Shown one piece after another: positions 62,434-64,000 of a DNA stretch of 64,000 bases. Position 1 is the first letter of the stretch, and every line of letters starts with the position of its first letter. The DNA is taken from positions 192,001 through 256,000 of the forward strand of contig CAWAHW010000004.1 in NCBI GenBank assembly GCA_963781885.1, written 5' to 3'. The DNA is from an uncultured Spirochaetota bacterium (GTDB lineage: Bacteria > Spirochaetota > Spirochaetia > SZUA-6 > Fen-1364). The notes under the pieces were generated by a model. It was not told the DNA's origin. It did not search any database and saw only the letters and a program-made list of their open reading frames with translations. Position numbers and translations under genes: made by a program.

Positions 62434-63479
62434 AGCTTTTCGAGCCCTACGCGCTTGGCGATCTTGCCCTGCCCAACCGCATCGTCATGGCGCCGATGAC
62501 GCGAAACCGCGCGACGGCCACGATCCCCCGGGAGATGGCCGTCATCCACTACGCGGCGCGAGCGGGCGCGGGGCTGATCGTGAGCGAGGCGACGCAAGTC
62601 TCCGTGCGCGGGCAGGGATACCATGACACGCCCGGCCTGCACACCGAGGAGCAGGTCCGCGCATGGCGCGCCGTCACCGATGCGGTGCACCGGGAAGGCG
62701 GCCGCATGTTCGTCCAGCTCTGCCACGTCGGACGGTTGTCCCATTCGGATTTCCACGGCCTCCCGCCCGTCGCGCCCTCGGCACTGCAAGTCGTGGGCTT
62801 CATCCGCACGCCGAAGGGCCTCAAGCCGTACGAGACGCCGTGGGCGCCTTCTGCTGCAGAGGTGGCGGAGATCGTCGACGAGTTCGGGCGCGCGGCGGAG
62901 CTGGCATTGGACGCAGGATTCGACGGCGTGGAGATTCACGGGGCAAGCGGCTTTCTTATCGACCAGTTCCTGCATTCAGGGACCAACCAGAGGACGGACC
63001 GCTACGGGGGCAGCCTTGAAAACAGGCTGCGATTTGCTCTTGAGGTGGTTGAGGCCGTTGCCGGTTCCTGGGACAAATCCAGGATCGGTTTCACCGTTTC
63101 GCCGGGAGGAAGCCACAAGGGCATCCGGGACGACAATCCCCTGGAGACCTTCGCCGCTTTGGCTTCGGCCCTGGACCGGGCGGGCGTGAGCTACCTTCAC
63201 GTGATAGAAGAGCCGATTGCCGACCTGAGCCCTGCCCGCCTCATGCGGGAGCATTTCCACGGCACGATAACGAGCAGCGGAAGCTACACGCGCGATTCCG
63301 CCGAAGAGGCGCTGGAAACCGGCGTGGCCGACCTCGTGGCATTCGGAAGGGCATTCACGGCAAACCCCGATCTCGTGGAGAAGCTTCGGACCGACGCACG
63401 CCTTGCCCTGCCGGATCCCAAGACGTTCTATTCAGGCGGCCCAATGGGCTACATCGACGCCGTGGCGATGAAAGCGTGA
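62430..63479 (+). CDS. Old yellow enzyme / NemA-like alkene reductase
   Basis: [34 protein letters not shown]. Confidence 0.92.
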   Translation: MKLFEPYALGDLALPNRIVMAPMTRNRATATIPREMAVIHYAARAGAGLIVSEATQVSVRGQGYHDTPGLHTEEQVRAWRAVTDAVHREGGRMFVQLCHVGRLSHSDFHGLPPVAPSALQVVGFIRTPKGLKPYETPWAPSAAEVAEIVDEFGRAAELALDAGFDGVEIHGASGFLIDQFLHSGTNQRTDRYGGSLENRLRFALEVVEAVAGSWDKSRIGFTVSPGGSHKGIRDDNPLETFAALASALDRAGVSYLHVIEEPIADLSPARLMREHFHGTITSSGSYTRDSAEEALETGVADLVAFGRAFTANPDLVEKLRTDARLALPDPKTFYSGGPMGYIDAVAMKA

Positions 63480-63503
63480 GTGCCCCGCGGCGCCGGCCTG
63501 CGC

Positions 63504-63935
63504 CTATATCAGTGGGATCGTTTCCTCGGAGAACTGGCGGATCCTCTCCCTGATTGCATCCCGCACTTCGCGCACCTGCCTCATGATATCCTCATCCGAT
63601 CCGACAAAGGTGGAGGGATCGGGATAGGCCCACACGAGGCGCTTGCCCTGACCGGGGAAGATCGGGCAGCGATCCGCGGCCTCTTTCGAGCAGACAGCAA
63701 TCACAAAGTTGTAGGACCTGCCGAGCTTGAGGAGATCGAATACCCCCTGGGTAGTCTTCCCGGAAATATCGATGCCGTCTTCACGCAGGGCACGCACGAC
63801 GTAAGGGTTCAACGTGCCGGGCTCCAGGCCGGCGCTTTCCGCCTCGAACCTGTTTCCGCCGAATTTCCTGAGATATGCCTCCGCCATCTGGCTCCGCGCG
63901 GAGTTGTGTGTGCAGATGAACAATACCCTGGGCAT
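63504..63935 (-). CDS. arsC: Arsenate reductase ArsC (LMW-PTP family)
   Basis: [13 protein letters not shown]-loop, distal Cys pair VC...CPIFPG, DP. Confidence 0.88.
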   Translation of the reverse strand: MPRVLFICTHNSARSQMAEAYLRKFGGNRFEAESAGLEPGTLNPYVVRALREDGIDISGKTTQGVFDLLKLGRSYNFVIAVCSKEAADRCPIFPGQGKRLVWAYPDPSTFVGSDEDIMRQVREVRDAIRERIRQFSEETIPLI

Positions 63936-64000
63936 TCCTTCCTCCGATTACGTGCGCGCCCCCGACCGGACCGCCGGCTCCGCGAACAGCCGCTTCTTCA

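Noticed and set aside
12337-64000. Integrative element or prophage at tRNA-Asn
   Set aside because: No integrase, no phage genes and no direct repeat of the tRNA 3' end found by eye

Overview
GC-rich bacterial chromosome segment, probably a free-living Spirochaetia-like organism (inferred from gene content only, no search run). 1-12.4 kb is mostly housekeeping: mfd (partial), ftsH, trpS, ATP-PFK, metK with a SAM-II-like riboswitch, amrS and tRNA-Asn. The rest is an accessory mosaic: secreted hypotheticals, a beta-barrel outer-membrane protein, two-component kinases, an IclR-led sugar/cyclitol catabolic operon (IolD-like enzyme, split transketolase, RpiB-type isomerase, Gfo/Idh/MocA), a complete 1653-bp IS with TIRs and a 9-bp TSD, two toxin-antitoxin pairs around an HNH nuclease, attC-like hairpins, efflux and redox genes. 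The best candidate for an undescribed system is the operon at 30.65-34.8 kb: a beta-strand-rich putative pore-former with an acidic N-terminal leader (interrupted by one in-frame TAG), a TPR-like protein, and a CHAT (caspase-like) protease with an intact His/Cys dyad. At least seven genes carry frameshifts, which suggests long-read assembly errors, so pseudogene calls are provisional. No CRISPR array, rRNA, prophage or integrase was seen.
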